The notes under the pieces are model-generated. The model saw only the letters and a list, made by a program, of their open reading frames with translations. It made no database searches and was not told the DNA's origin. Below are positions 29,810 through 38,728 of a stretch of 46,968 nucleotides of DNA, one piece after another. Position 1 is the stretch's first letter. Every line of letters starts with the position of its first letter. The stretch comes from a virus. Taxonomy: Duplodnaviria > Caudoviricetes. The stretch is taken from positions 1 to 46,968 of the IMG/VR virus record IMGVR_UViG_3300042997_000702, one strand, 5' to 3'. The position numbers were made by a program, and so were the translations under genes.

Positions 29810-30249
29810 AAGTAATAATTGATATAGATAATACGTTGTGTTTGAGTGGTAAAAGATTAGATTTATCAAAGAAAGAAAACGGAAAAATTGATTGGGACAT
29901 TTTACATAACCCAGAACTCATAGAACAAGATGAACCAAACTTTCCAATGATTGATTTGGCACTTAGATACAAACTTGTAGAAAATATTGAAGTCATAATA
30001 ATAACAGGCAGACCCGAATCAATAAGAGTAGTTACTGAATTGTGGTTAAAAAAGTACCATATTAAATATGATAAATTATATATGAGAACCGAAAAAGACC
30101 ATTATATAAAAGCGGATGCGTTTAAAAGAAAAATATATAAAACTTATATAAACGATAAAGTATTTTGTGCATTCGATGATGACCAAAGTATAATAGATAT
30201 GTGGTTAAGTTTAGGAATACCATCATTTAAAGTGATGGGTGTAGTATGA
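29806..30249 (+). CDS. HAD-family phosphatase (T4 PNK phosphatase-domain-like)
   Basis: IIDIDNTL, ITGRPE, FK and FDDD are HAD motifs I-IV. Confidence 0.85.
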   Translation: MKVIIDIDNTLCLSGKRLDLSKKENGKIDWDILHNPELIEQDEPNFPMIDLALRYKLVENIEVIIITGRPESIRVVTELWLKKYHIKYDKLYMRTEKDHYIKADAFKRKIYKTYINDKVFCAFDDDQSIIDMWLSLGIPSFKVMGVV

Positions 30250-31217
30250 AAACTCTTTTAGAAAAAAAAGATATACAAAGTATAACATCATTTGAAGATA
30301 TTGGGTATGTGTATTTTGGACCATTGGTATTTTCTTTTTTTGAATGGCTGAAAGATGAATTAATCGATTGTGAATTAGTATTATTTAATTCCAGGGAAGG
30401 ATATTTCTTAAATAAAATTTATAAAATATTTCAAAAAAAATATAATTTACCAAAATCTTTATATTTTAAAACATCAAGAAAATTATCAGCAATATCATCA
30501 TTTAAAACAGAAAAAGATATATACAATACATTTTCTCTACATAGATATTCCGGTACACTTTCCTCCTTATTAAAAGATAGATTTGAATTGGATATTAAAA
30601 TACATTCCGATTATGAAATCGATACGGTGATACAGATTCCCGATTTAACTCCATATATAAGTACCATCTTAAAAAAATCAGAATATGTTAGATTGGAATA
30701 TGAAAAATACATTAAAAACTGCATTAAAAATTCAAAAAATATAGCAATGGTTGACAGTGGGTTTCAAGGAACTACTCAATATTATTTAGAAAAAGCATTT
30801 GGATTAAATTTTAATGGAAAGTACATCACTTATAAAGGTAATATACCGCATTTAAATGGAAGGGGGTTTCTTAATTTTGAAACTACAAACTTTAAAAATA
30901 ATATAATATTTTTTGAATCAGTTTTTATAGATAAAGTTGGTTCATTTGTAGATATACAAAACGGTAATTTTATAAATGAAGATTTTAATGAACATACTAA
31001 TTATTTTAATAAAAAAAGTAAAATAATAAATGGAATTAAATTATTTATTAAAGATGCTAACAAAATAAAATATAAATTAGAAAATTCTATTTTTGTAGAT
31101 AATAATTTTAATTTAATGTGTAAAAAGGGATTCATTAAAAATGAAAAACTATTTGATATTTTTCTGCATGATAATTATTATGTACGAAATTGCGTAAAAA
31201 AAATTAATAGAAGATAG
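30246..31217 (+). CDS. Putative glycan phosphoribosyltransferase (ribofuranosyltransferase gPRT-like domain)
   Basis: FGPLV..F..WL, LFNSREGY, YFKTSR and MVDSGFQGTTQ (PRTase-like PRPP loop); pattern of the non-HAD domain of capsule-locus HAD fusion proteins. Confidence 0.55.
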   Translation: MKTLLEKKDIQSITSFEDIGYVYFGPLVFSFFEWLKDELIDCELVLFNSREGYFLNKIYKIFQKKYNLPKSLYFKTSRKLSAISSFKTEKDIYNTFSLHRYSGTLSSLLKDRFELDIKIHSDYEIDTVIQIPDLTPYISTILKKSEYVRLEYEKYIKNCIKNSKNIAMVDSGFQGTTQYYLEKAFGLNFNGKYITYKGNIPHLNGRGFLNFETTNFKNNIIFFESVFIDKVGSFVDIQNGNFINEDFNEHTNYFNKKSKIINGIKLFIKDANKIKYKLENSIFVDNNFNLMCKKGFIKNEKLFDIFLHDNYYVRNCVKKINRR

Positions 31218-31220
31218 GAT

Positions 31221-32639
31221 ATGGATAATAGTAAAATTAAATTAGTATATACTGATTGGTTTATTGAAAACGGTCAAAGAAGGCCATTTGGGAATGGCAT
31301 ACATCCCGCTATAAAAGAATTTATTCAATATATTATTAAAAATAAATTAAACATAGATTACTATCAGATTTTACAATACGAACAGGAAGAAAAAGGAATA
31401 AAGTTTGATCATTCTGAATTACTAAATTACTTTTTTAGAAATTATCCTAAAAATATAGTATTTTTAAATCAAATAGAAAACGATGATTCTATTTACATAT
31501 ATCCTTTAGAAATAAAAACAACGTTAAGTGCTCTAAATAATGAAAATGGGTTTATATTAAATGATGTATCATATAAATGGTACTTAAAAGATATAATACC
31601 TATTGAATTATTGGAACATATGAGAAGTGGTAAAGTGAAGATATTAATCAGTATTATTCATGATCCATTATATGATGACCATAATATATATCAATTTGAA
31701 TTACAGATGGATAAATTGGGAATAGATGGCTCTAACATCATATTTATAGGTGGAAGCAAATTTGATGAATATTATACAAAACATCCGTATAGTAAAGTTA
31801 AAATATATAGTGGACATTTATTCATTAAAGGATACGTTGATATGATGAAAGAGTTTCCAGTTGTTGGTAATTTGGGATATATGTGTGAACTAGTTGAAGA
31901 AAAAGACTTATCGGAAAATATAATAAGACCTTATAAATTTTTATGTAACAATAGAACAATGACAAAGCCACATAGGGCTACTATGGCATATTTTGCAATT
32001 AAATACGATTTGCTTTCTGATGGCAAATTTTCATTTATTCAAAGTATATCTAGAGAAAATTTAATTAGCAATGTGAGTAGTTTAATTACTAATGTAAATG
32101 AAGATTACATAGATGAAATAATACGATTATTACCATATGAATTAGATACTCAATCTTTATCAGAATCACAAAAGTCGCATTTTGGTGTAACCAATAATAA
32201 AAAAGATTGGTATTCAGACACTTATATAAATTTAGTTACTGAAACATTTTTTGGACCAAACGTATTCCTTTCAGAAAAAATATTTAAACCAATATCAAAT
32301 TTACAACCATTTATAGTTTTAGGAGATTACCATACTTTATTTGAATTAAGAAGATTGGGATTTAAAACATTTGAACCCTTTATTGATGAAAGTTATGATA
32401 ATGAAATATCTCAAAAGAATAGAATAACAAAAATTGAAATTGAAATTGAAAAATTAAAAAATAAGTCTATAAGTGAGATACACGATTGGTATTATTCTAT
32501 TAAAGATATACTTATATATAATCAAAAACATTTGTATAGTTTTGAAAAATATGAATGTTTTGAAGAAATATTTAATCAAATACAAATAAATTACGAAAAC
32601 AAAAAACAATGGAGTTTACAGGAAAAAAAGTTATTGTAA
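31221..32639 (+). CDS. Putative glycosyltransferase (GT10-like), paralogue 2 of 3
   Basis: FLCNNR...KPHR, YINLVTET...FLSEKIFKPI and GFKTFEPFIDESYD. Confidence 0.45.
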   Translation: MDNSKIKLVYTDWFIENGQRRPFGNGIHPAIKEFIQYIIKNKLNIDYYQILQYEQEEKGIKFDHSELLNYFFRNYPKNIVFLNQIENDDSIYIYPLEIKTTLSALNNENGFILNDVSYKWYLKDIIPIELLEHMRSGKVKILISIIHDPLYDDHNIYQFELQMDKLGIDGSNIIFIGGSKFDEYYTKHPYSKVKIYSGHLFIKGYVDMMKEFPVVGNLGYMCELVEEKDLSENIIRPYKFLCNNRTMTKPHRATMAYFAIKYDLLSDGKFSFIQSISRENLISNVSSLITNVNEDYIDEIIRLLPYELDTQSLSESQKSHFGVTNNKKDWYSDTYINLVTETFFGPNVFLSEKIFKPISNLQPFIVLGDYHTLFELRRLGFKTFEPFIDESYDNEISQKNRITKIEIEIEKLKNKSISEIHDWYYSIKDILIYNQKHLYSFEKYECFEEIFNQIQINYENKKQWSLQEKKLL

Positions 32640-33610
32640 CTGGCGCAAGTGGGCTGGTTGGCATACCAACGGTACGAAAGTGTTTACAGGAGGGTGTAGA
32701 TAGAGTCTATGCGGTAGATATAAAAATTAATAATGAATTAGAAATATTACAATCACTATATGGTACAGATAAGTTAGTATTAGTTAAAACCGATTTAACA
32801 TACCTATCTAATTGTGAGCAACTATTTAGTGAAGAACAAATTGATATAGTGCTTCATATAGCTGGGATTAAGGGTTCACCTGCCCGTTCATCTACTCAAC
32901 CTGCTGATTATTTATTCCCGATGTTAATGTTCAATACCAATATGATTAAGGCATCGTTTGATGCAAAAGTCGGTTGGTTTGTGTATCTTTCATCCGTTGG
33001 AGTCTATTCACCATCGGATATAATGAATGAAGAGGATGCTTGGAATCAGGAAGAAACGTGGGCATCTACTCCATCTCGATTAGATTGGCATCCAGGTTGG
33101 ACAAAAAGAATGGGTGAATTGACATTAGATTCATTGAGGATTCAGTATGGTTGGAATAACTACACTGTTATTAGACCTTCTAACATATATGGTACTAACG
33201 ATAATTTTGCGCAAGATGCAACTGTTATTAGTTCTAACATTTGGAAATTATTTAATGTAGAAGGTGAGGAAATGGTTTGTTGGGGAGATGGTTCATCACG
33301 TAGAGATTTTGTTTTTGGTGATGATGTTGCTCAAGCTACAATTGATGTAGTTAAAAAAGAAGTTAGTGATATTATTAATTTTGGATGTGCAGAAGCAGTT
33401 ACTATTAAAGATACAATTGAAACCATAGTTGAATGTTATACCGAACTTACTGGTAAAACTAAAAATATTGTATGGGATTCGAGTAAAACAAATGGAGATC
33501 CGATTAGATGTTTAGGTTCTAAAAAACAAAAACAGTATGGAATTTTACCAAAAACAACATTAAAGGCGGGTATATATCAATCAATTGAGCAATACTCTCG
33601 CAGATTTTAA
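32609..33610 (+). CDS. NAD(P)-dependent nucleotide-sugar epimerase/reductase (GDP-fucose synthase-like), atypical active site
   Basis: VTGASGLVG, HIAG, YLSS, RPSNIYG.NDNF and WGDGSSRRDF. The YxxxK position reads PGWTK. Confidence 0.85.
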   Translation: MEFTGKKVIVTGASGLVGIPTVRKCLQEGVDRVYAVDIKINNELEILQSLYGTDKLVLVKTDLTYLSNCEQLFSEEQIDIVLHIAGIKGSPARSSTQPADYLFPMLMFNTNMIKASFDAKVGWFVYLSSVGVYSPSDIMNEEDAWNQEETWASTPSRLDWHPGWTKRMGELTLDSLRIQYGWNNYTVIRPSNIYGTNDNFAQDATVISSNIWKLFNVEGEEMVCWGDGSSRRDFVFGDDVAQATIDVVKKEVSDIINFGCAEAVTIKDTIETIVECYTELTGKTKNIVWDSSKTNGDPIRCLGSKKQKQYGILPKTTLKAGIYQSIEQYSRRF

Positions 33611-34602
33611 TGAAACTAATCGCAATAGGGTGTTCATTTACGGAAGGACAGGGGTTAAAACATCATGCTATTCAATCATATCCGCATTTACTTGCTAAGA
33701 AATTAAAAATTGAATACTATAATTTTGGATCGTGTGGGCAATCTAATGATTATATATTTAGAAAAGTATTTGAATTAATACACTCCGATACAATAGCTAA
33801 AGATGATATCATATTAATTCAATGGACACATTATATTCGCAAAGAACTACCCACAACGTATAATTCCAAACAATGGTATTATATCGCACCTTACGGCGTA
33901 CCATTATCAGATAAAATTATACATAATGTGCAATCCAAAAATACAGTATTAGGTAAGTATTACCCTGAAAATTTAGATATTGATTTTAAAAAAATGCAAA
34001 CAAAAAATCAGAAGTTAATAGATTCGTATACTTTAAATTTTTTAGATGAAGATTATCAATTAAATACTACAAAAAATTATATAGAATCGTTATACGTTTA
34101 TTTAGAACATTTTGGATATAAACATTTACATTTTTTTGGATGGGATGAATGTGTAATTAAATCTGTAATTAACAAATCAAATTTTTTAAAAGAAACATTT
34201 GGTGGGCACACAGACACACCAATTACATATCACCCAACCAAAGAAGGTCATAACAAATGGATGCAATATCTGTATAGAACCATAAACGAATTTAAATTTT
34301 TAAATGAATTTGAAAGGCAGTTATATGATTATAGGGGTAGTTTGGATATATTAAAAGAAGAAATTGAAGAAGAAATTCCTAAATTATTTAAAAAACGATT
34401 AGATATAATAAATACTAAACTAAAAAAAGAAATAGAAGTTACAAATACTGCAATTATAAATGAAAAGAAAATAGAATTAGAAAGTAAAATCCAAAGTGAA
34501 ACTGCTGAATTGGAAAAATTAAAAGAACAAGTTCAAATTCAAATAGAGATTGAAAAAGAAAAGTTAAAACACGCAATTATTAAACCAAAAACTTTAATTT
34601 AA
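33610..34602 (+). CDS. SGNH-like protein with C-terminal coiled coil, paralogue 2 of 3
   Basis: IAIGCSFTEG, NFGSCGQSN, LIQWT and HPTKEGH; K/E-rich tail. Confidence 0.6.
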   Translation: MKLIAIGCSFTEGQGLKHHAIQSYPHLLAKKLKIEYYNFGSCGQSNDYIFRKVFELIHSDTIAKDDIILIQWTHYIRKELPTTYNSKQWYYIAPYGVPLSDKIIHNVQSKNTVLGKYYPENLDIDFKKMQTKNQKLIDSYTLNFLDEDYQLNTTKNYIESLYVYLEHFGYKHLHFFGWDECVIKSVINKSNFLKETFGGHTDTPITYHPTKEGHNKWMQYLYRTINEFKFLNEFERQLYDYRGSLDILKEEIEEEIPKLFKKRLDIINTKLKKEIEVTNTAIINEKKIELESKIQSETAELEKLKEQVQIQIEIEKEKLKHAIIKPKTLI

Positions 34603-34604
34603 CA

Positions 34605-35642
34605 ATGAAACATATAGTAGTTTCTGGTTGTTCATTCACCAATAATTTCAGAATCAATATAGGAGATGAAAGAAGATGGATTCAGGATGCAGTAGAAGAA
34701 TGGACTTGGGCAAATTGGTTACAACATTATTTAAAGAATGATTATACTGTGCATAATTATGGAGCATTGACGCATGATAATAAAAGTATAGTACGTTCTA
34801 TAATATACAAAGTAGGAGATTTGTTAAAAGATGGAATACCGCCGGAAGATATAACTGTAATAGGGCAATGGACTACATTAACTCGCAATTCATTTTTTGT
34901 TACACCTGAAAAATATGGATTAGCAAATCCGGCAATTAGATATCAAAAAAATAACGAAAGTTGGGCACATACTACTGATTATTTAATAAATGGTAAAGAT
35001 AAACAATTACCGTATGAACACGGTTACTTTCATTTAACTGGAGGATTTAACCCAACTAATAATCCTATAAATATTGATCCTGCAACATTCGCATGGTTGG
35101 ATACTGTTATGACCTACACTGAAAGATATTTTGAATGGTTTGAATATACAAATATGCTTTTAGATTTTCTACATAATAATGGTATTACAAAGATACAATT
35201 TTTTTGTATGAATAATAATTTTAGTAAAAATTATCTGAATGAGGGAAAGACTCCACCGTATTATCATACACCAAAAGAAAAATCAATATATGAATGTATT
35301 ATAGAAAATAAAGATATTTGTAATACATGGGAACAAAAAGAATTGCATTTTGAAAACTCATATGTAAAAACTTATGCAAATAAGATAGATTTTAAAAAAT
35401 ACTTTTGGTTTTATGAAGAAAATTTCGTACATTTGTATGGTGGTATAATAGAATGGTCTATAAGAAATTTTGACTACAATATGGAAGGAGATTTGCCAAA
35501 AGTATTATGGAGAGAAATGAATGGAATGGATTTAGATACACAGAAAAAATATTTAGAAAGAAGCTGGTATGGGCACACATCATCCATATTAACTAAAAAA
35601 TTCGTAAACGATGTAGTTCTTAATTGGGAAATATTTAAATAA
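34605..35642 (+). CDS. SGNH-like protein, paralogue 3 of 3
   Basis: VVSGCSFT, NYG...DN, IGQWT, GGIIEW (shared with 18835) and YGHTS. Confidence 0.55.
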   Translation: MKHIVVSGCSFTNNFRINIGDERRWIQDAVEEWTWANWLQHYLKNDYTVHNYGALTHDNKSIVRSIIYKVGDLLKDGIPPEDITVIGQWTTLTRNSFFVTPEKYGLANPAIRYQKNNESWAHTTDYLINGKDKQLPYEHGYFHLTGGFNPTNNPINIDPATFAWLDTVMTYTERYFEWFEYTNMLLDFLHNNGITKIQFFCMNNNFSKNYLNEGKTPPYYHTPKEKSIYECIIENKDICNTWEQKELHFENSYVKTYANKIDFKKYFWFYEENFVHLYGGIIEWSIRNFDYNMEGDLPKVLWREMNGMDLDTQKKYLERSWYGHTSSILTKKFVNDVVLNWEIFK

Positions 35643-35647
35643 ATTAT

Positions 35648-36640
35648 ATGAAAAAAACAGATAAAGTTTTAGTTACAGGCGCAAGTGGGTTCATTGGTTC
35701 TCATTTATTAAGATTACTATATGAAAAAGGATATAGAAATTTACGTTCAACCTCTTTTAGTAGAGATTTAAGGAATGATTTTGATGGGACATCGGAAGTA
35801 GAGCATATTAAAGGAGATTTACAAACCGCAGAATTTTGCGAGTTAATTAGTAAAGATGTAGATGTGGTATTCCATTGTGCAGCTAATACATCAAACGCAT
35901 TAGATACGAAATTCAATCCTCTATTACACGTTACTCCAAATGTAGAAATGAATGTAAATTTGATGGAACAGAGTTGGAAAAATAAAGTTAGAAAGTTTTT
36001 GTTTATATCATCAAATACAACATATCCAGATATGGGTACTGAATTTTGTACAGAAGATATGAATGTGCACGCTACACCTATGTTACCTGTTTATAAAGCA
36101 GTTGGTGGTATGAAACGGTATGGCGAAATGTTATGTGATTTCTTTTCTAACCAAATTCACGAACCAATGCAATGCTTAATTGTTAGACCTTCAAACGCAT
36201 TTGGACCAAATGATAAGTTTGATTTTGAAAAGTGTCACGTTACACCTGCTAATATTCGTAAAGTAGCAGATGGCTTAAATCCAATTCCTGTATGGGGAGA
36301 TGGTACGGAAGTAAGAGATTTATTGCACGTTGAAGATATGGCAGATGGTTTTATCTTTGTAGCAGAAAACAATGATACCTACGATATCTTTAATGTATGC
36401 TACGGAGAAGGGTTTACAGTAAATGAAACATTGGAAACAATTAAAGAATTGGACAACAACACAAATCCAATTGAATATGTTAATAACAAAGCACCAATGA
36501 TTCCTATTCGTTTATTATCATCTAAAAAGATTAATGATTTAGGATGGAAACCAAAAAGAAACTTAAAAGAGGCTCTTAAAGAAACAATTGAGTGGTATAA
36601 AGCAAATAAGCATCAATACAATCCAAATTCAAAACCATAA
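35648..36640 (+). CDS. NAD(P)-dependent nucleotide-sugar epimerase/reductase (GDP-fucose synthase-like), atypical active site
   Basis: VTGASGFIG, FHCAA, FISS, RPSNAFGPNDKF and WGDGTEVRDLLHVED. The YxxxK position reads VGGMK. Confidence 0.88.
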   Translation: MKKTDKVLVTGASGFIGSHLLRLLYEKGYRNLRSTSFSRDLRNDFDGTSEVEHIKGDLQTAEFCELISKDVDVVFHCAANTSNALDTKFNPLLHVTPNVEMNVNLMEQSWKNKVRKFLFISSNTTYPDMGTEFCTEDMNVHATPMLPVYKAVGGMKRYGEMLCDFFSNQIHEPMQCLIVRPSNAFGPNDKFDFEKCHVTPANIRKVADGLNPIPVWGDGTEVRDLLHVEDMADGFIFVAENNDTYDIFNVCYGEGFTVNETLETIKELDNNTNPIEYVNNKAPMIPIRLLSSKKINDLGWKPKRNLKEALKETIEWYKANKHQYNPNSKP

Positions 36641-37182
36641 TGAGTAATCCTCAAAGTTCGCCTTATAAGGATGAACTAACAAAATCTATGAAATTTCTTG
36701 CTGAAAAAGATGATACAATATTCATCGGTCAACAAATAGTTTATGCAGGAAACCCAATGAGTACAACTCTTGAGTTTGTACCGAAAGAAAAGATGATTGA
36801 AGTGCCTGTTATGGAGGAAACTCAAATGGGAATTAGTTTGGGATTAGCTATGTGTGGGAAAACTGTAATATCATTTTTTCCACGATGGGATTTTGTAATA
36901 TCTGCTACAAATCAATTGGTTAATCATCTTGATAAATTTGAAAATATGACAGGTAACCCTGCCAATGTTATTATTCGAGTTGGAGTTGGTAGTAAAGACC
37001 CTTTAGATCCTGGAATTCAACATAGAAATGATTATACAAATGAGTTTAAATCCATATTACAATTTACAAAAATTTGGGAATTAAAAAATATAAAAGATAT
37101 TTATACAATATATAAAACTGCGTATAATGAAGGTGGTATTCATATCATAGTTGAATGGCCGGAATTGTATTATAAAAACTAA
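36640..37182 (+). CDS. ThDP-dependent E1 beta / transketolase pyrimidine-binding subunit (no C-terminal domain)
   Basis: IFIGQ, IEVPVMEETQMGISLGLA, ATNQLVN, IIRVGVG and GIQH; only 180 aa. Confidence 0.82.
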   Translation: MSNPQSSPYKDELTKSMKFLAEKDDTIFIGQQIVYAGNPMSTTLEFVPKEKMIEVPVMEETQMGISLGLAMCGKTVISFFPRWDFVISATNQLVNHLDKFENMTGNPANVIIRVGVGSKDPLDPGIQHRNDYTNEFKSILQFTKIWELKNIKDIYTIYKTAYNEGGIHIIVEWPELYYKN

Positions 37183-37187
37183 TTACT

Positions 37188-37313
37188 ATGAAAAAATTAC
37201 CTATAATTTCTTTTTTTGTTAAGTTATATGAGAATTATAAAATGAAAAAAAAGTTTAAAAAAAAGTTAGAAGAACTTAAAAAAAGAGACCCATTTATTTA
37301 CAAGTCATTTTGA
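37188..37313 (+). CDS. 41-aa basic protein (not in ORF track)
   Basis: MKKLPIISFFVKLYENYKMKKKFKKKLEELKKRDPFIYKSF*; fills the gap between 37182 and 37315 almost exactly. Confidence 0.7.
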   Translation: MKKLPIISFFVKLYENYKMKKKFKKKLEELKKRDPFIYKSF

Positions 37314-37314
37314 T

Positions 37315-38727
37315 ATGTCTAAACCTATAATTTTTGGTTATGATGTGGTATCGTATAATGGGCCTATTCCAAATTGTTTAAATCCTAAATACTTAAATAC
37401 TATATATCAGGCATCTGATTTTTATTTTGAAAATTCAGGAGAAGGATTTTCTAAACGATGGAATATTGATTGGCCGGTATATAATAGTAATTTTTATAAT
37501 AAAATATCTGAAAATAAATCAGTATATGAGATAATTAAAGATAAAAAAAATGAAAAAAATTATGATTGGGTTTATATAATCGAACCGTTTGGTAGTATTG
37601 AAAGTTTTTTTGGAACAAACCCAAATCAAGATTTTTGTTTAAAATTTATGTCATCTATTGCCATAAATGAAATAAAAAATGGTAACGGAAAACTACTTTT
37701 TAATTATATAATAGATGGTGGAATAGGGATTAATTTAAAAAACTTTCAAAAAATTATAAACTTTTTAAAAGAAAATGATATACCCGATGAAAAAGTGTAT
37801 TTTATTTTTCAAGATTTTAAATTAAAAGAAAACTTTAAAAATATTGGATTAAATTATAATGTTTTAGATTTTAATCTTGCATTAATTTCAAAATCCGAAG
37901 AATTTAATAAACAAATAAATGATCCAAATTGGAGTTATTGGGGTAACGGCTCACATGAACCACAGGTTGGAAAAATAGAATCAAAATCTTCTGGAATATG
38001 TACATACACTGAATACGAAAATAGTATTGAAACCGATAAAAAGGATTTTTTATTATTAAATAGACATTGGAAATTACACAGATTACTGCTATTGAGTCAG
38101 TTACATAAATTAGGATTGGAAAAAAATTTAGTTTCGTGGGATAATGCATTTTATAATGAACATACTGTTGGTGAATTTTTAAAATACGATGAAAATTTAG
38201 AATTTGCAGATTTATTAAAAAATGAATCAAAAATTGTAGATGTTCCTAATTTAACAAAAATTGCAGGTTATGGATTTGAAAGTAAAGAACCATACATTCA
38301 AACATATATTAGTGTAGTTACAGAAAGTATATTTTTTCAAAATTTAGATGGTGATAATGAATTTCAAAGTGGGTATTTGAGCGAAAAAATTTGGAAACCA
38401 ATTGGACACTGCCAGCCATTCATACTAGCCGCTCCTCCTAAATCTTTACAATATATTAGAAAACGGTTTGGATTTAAAACATTTCATCCATTTATAGATG
38501 AAAGTTACGATTTAGAAACTGATGATTTTAAAAGATTGGAAATGATAAAAATTGAAATTGTAAAATTTTCAAATAAATCAAAAGAAGATAAGATTTTATT
38601 TTTAAATGAGGTAAAGGATATTGTTAAATATAATCAACAAAGGTTTTTAGATTTTGGGAAAGATTACAGGCCTGAATTATCAAAAGTAATAAATTTTTTA
38701 TTAAATACTTCAAAGAGTTTAATTTAA
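37315..38727 (+). CDS. Putative glycosyltransferase (GT10-like), paralogue 3 of 3
   Basis: FLLLNRHWKLHR, YISVVTES...YLSEKIWKPI and GFKTFHPFIDESYD. Confidence 0.45.
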   Translation: MSKPIIFGYDVVSYNGPIPNCLNPKYLNTIYQASDFYFENSGEGFSKRWNIDWPVYNSNFYNKISENKSVYEIIKDKKNEKNYDWVYIIEPFGSIESFFGTNPNQDFCLKFMSSIAINEIKNGNGKLLFNYIIDGGIGINLKNFQKIINFLKENDIPDEKVYFIFQDFKLKENFKNIGLNYNVLDFNLALISKSEEFNKQINDPNWSYWGNGSHEPQVGKIESKSSGICTYTEYENSIETDKKDFLLLNRHWKLHRLLLLSQLHKLGLEKNLVSWDNAFYNEHTVGEFLKYDENLEFADLLKNESKIVDVPNLTKIAGYGFESKEPYIQTYISVVTESIFFQNLDGDNEFQSGYLSEKIWKPIGHCQPFILAAPPKSLQYIRKRFGFKTFHPFIDESYDLETDDFKRLEMIKIEIVKFSNKSKEDKILFLNEVKDIVKYNQQRFLDFGKDYRPELSKVINFLLNTSKSLI

Positions 38728-38728
38728 T

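Noticed and set aside
27967-37182. Pyruvate dehydrogenase / transketolase as a central-metabolism auxiliary gene
   Set aside because: Subunits are truncated, no E2/E3 is seen, and both are coupled to nucleotide-sugar genes.
11264-37560. A8/T8 homopolymers in coding regions as phase-variation sites
   Set aside because: Expected at this AT content, and all affected ORFs are intact.
16530-38727. Bacterial capsule/O-antigen locus (host contamination or chimeric assembly)
   Set aside because: No wzx/wzy/ABC export or initiating transferase, and genes overlap seamlessly with phage structural genes. A phage origin is better supported.
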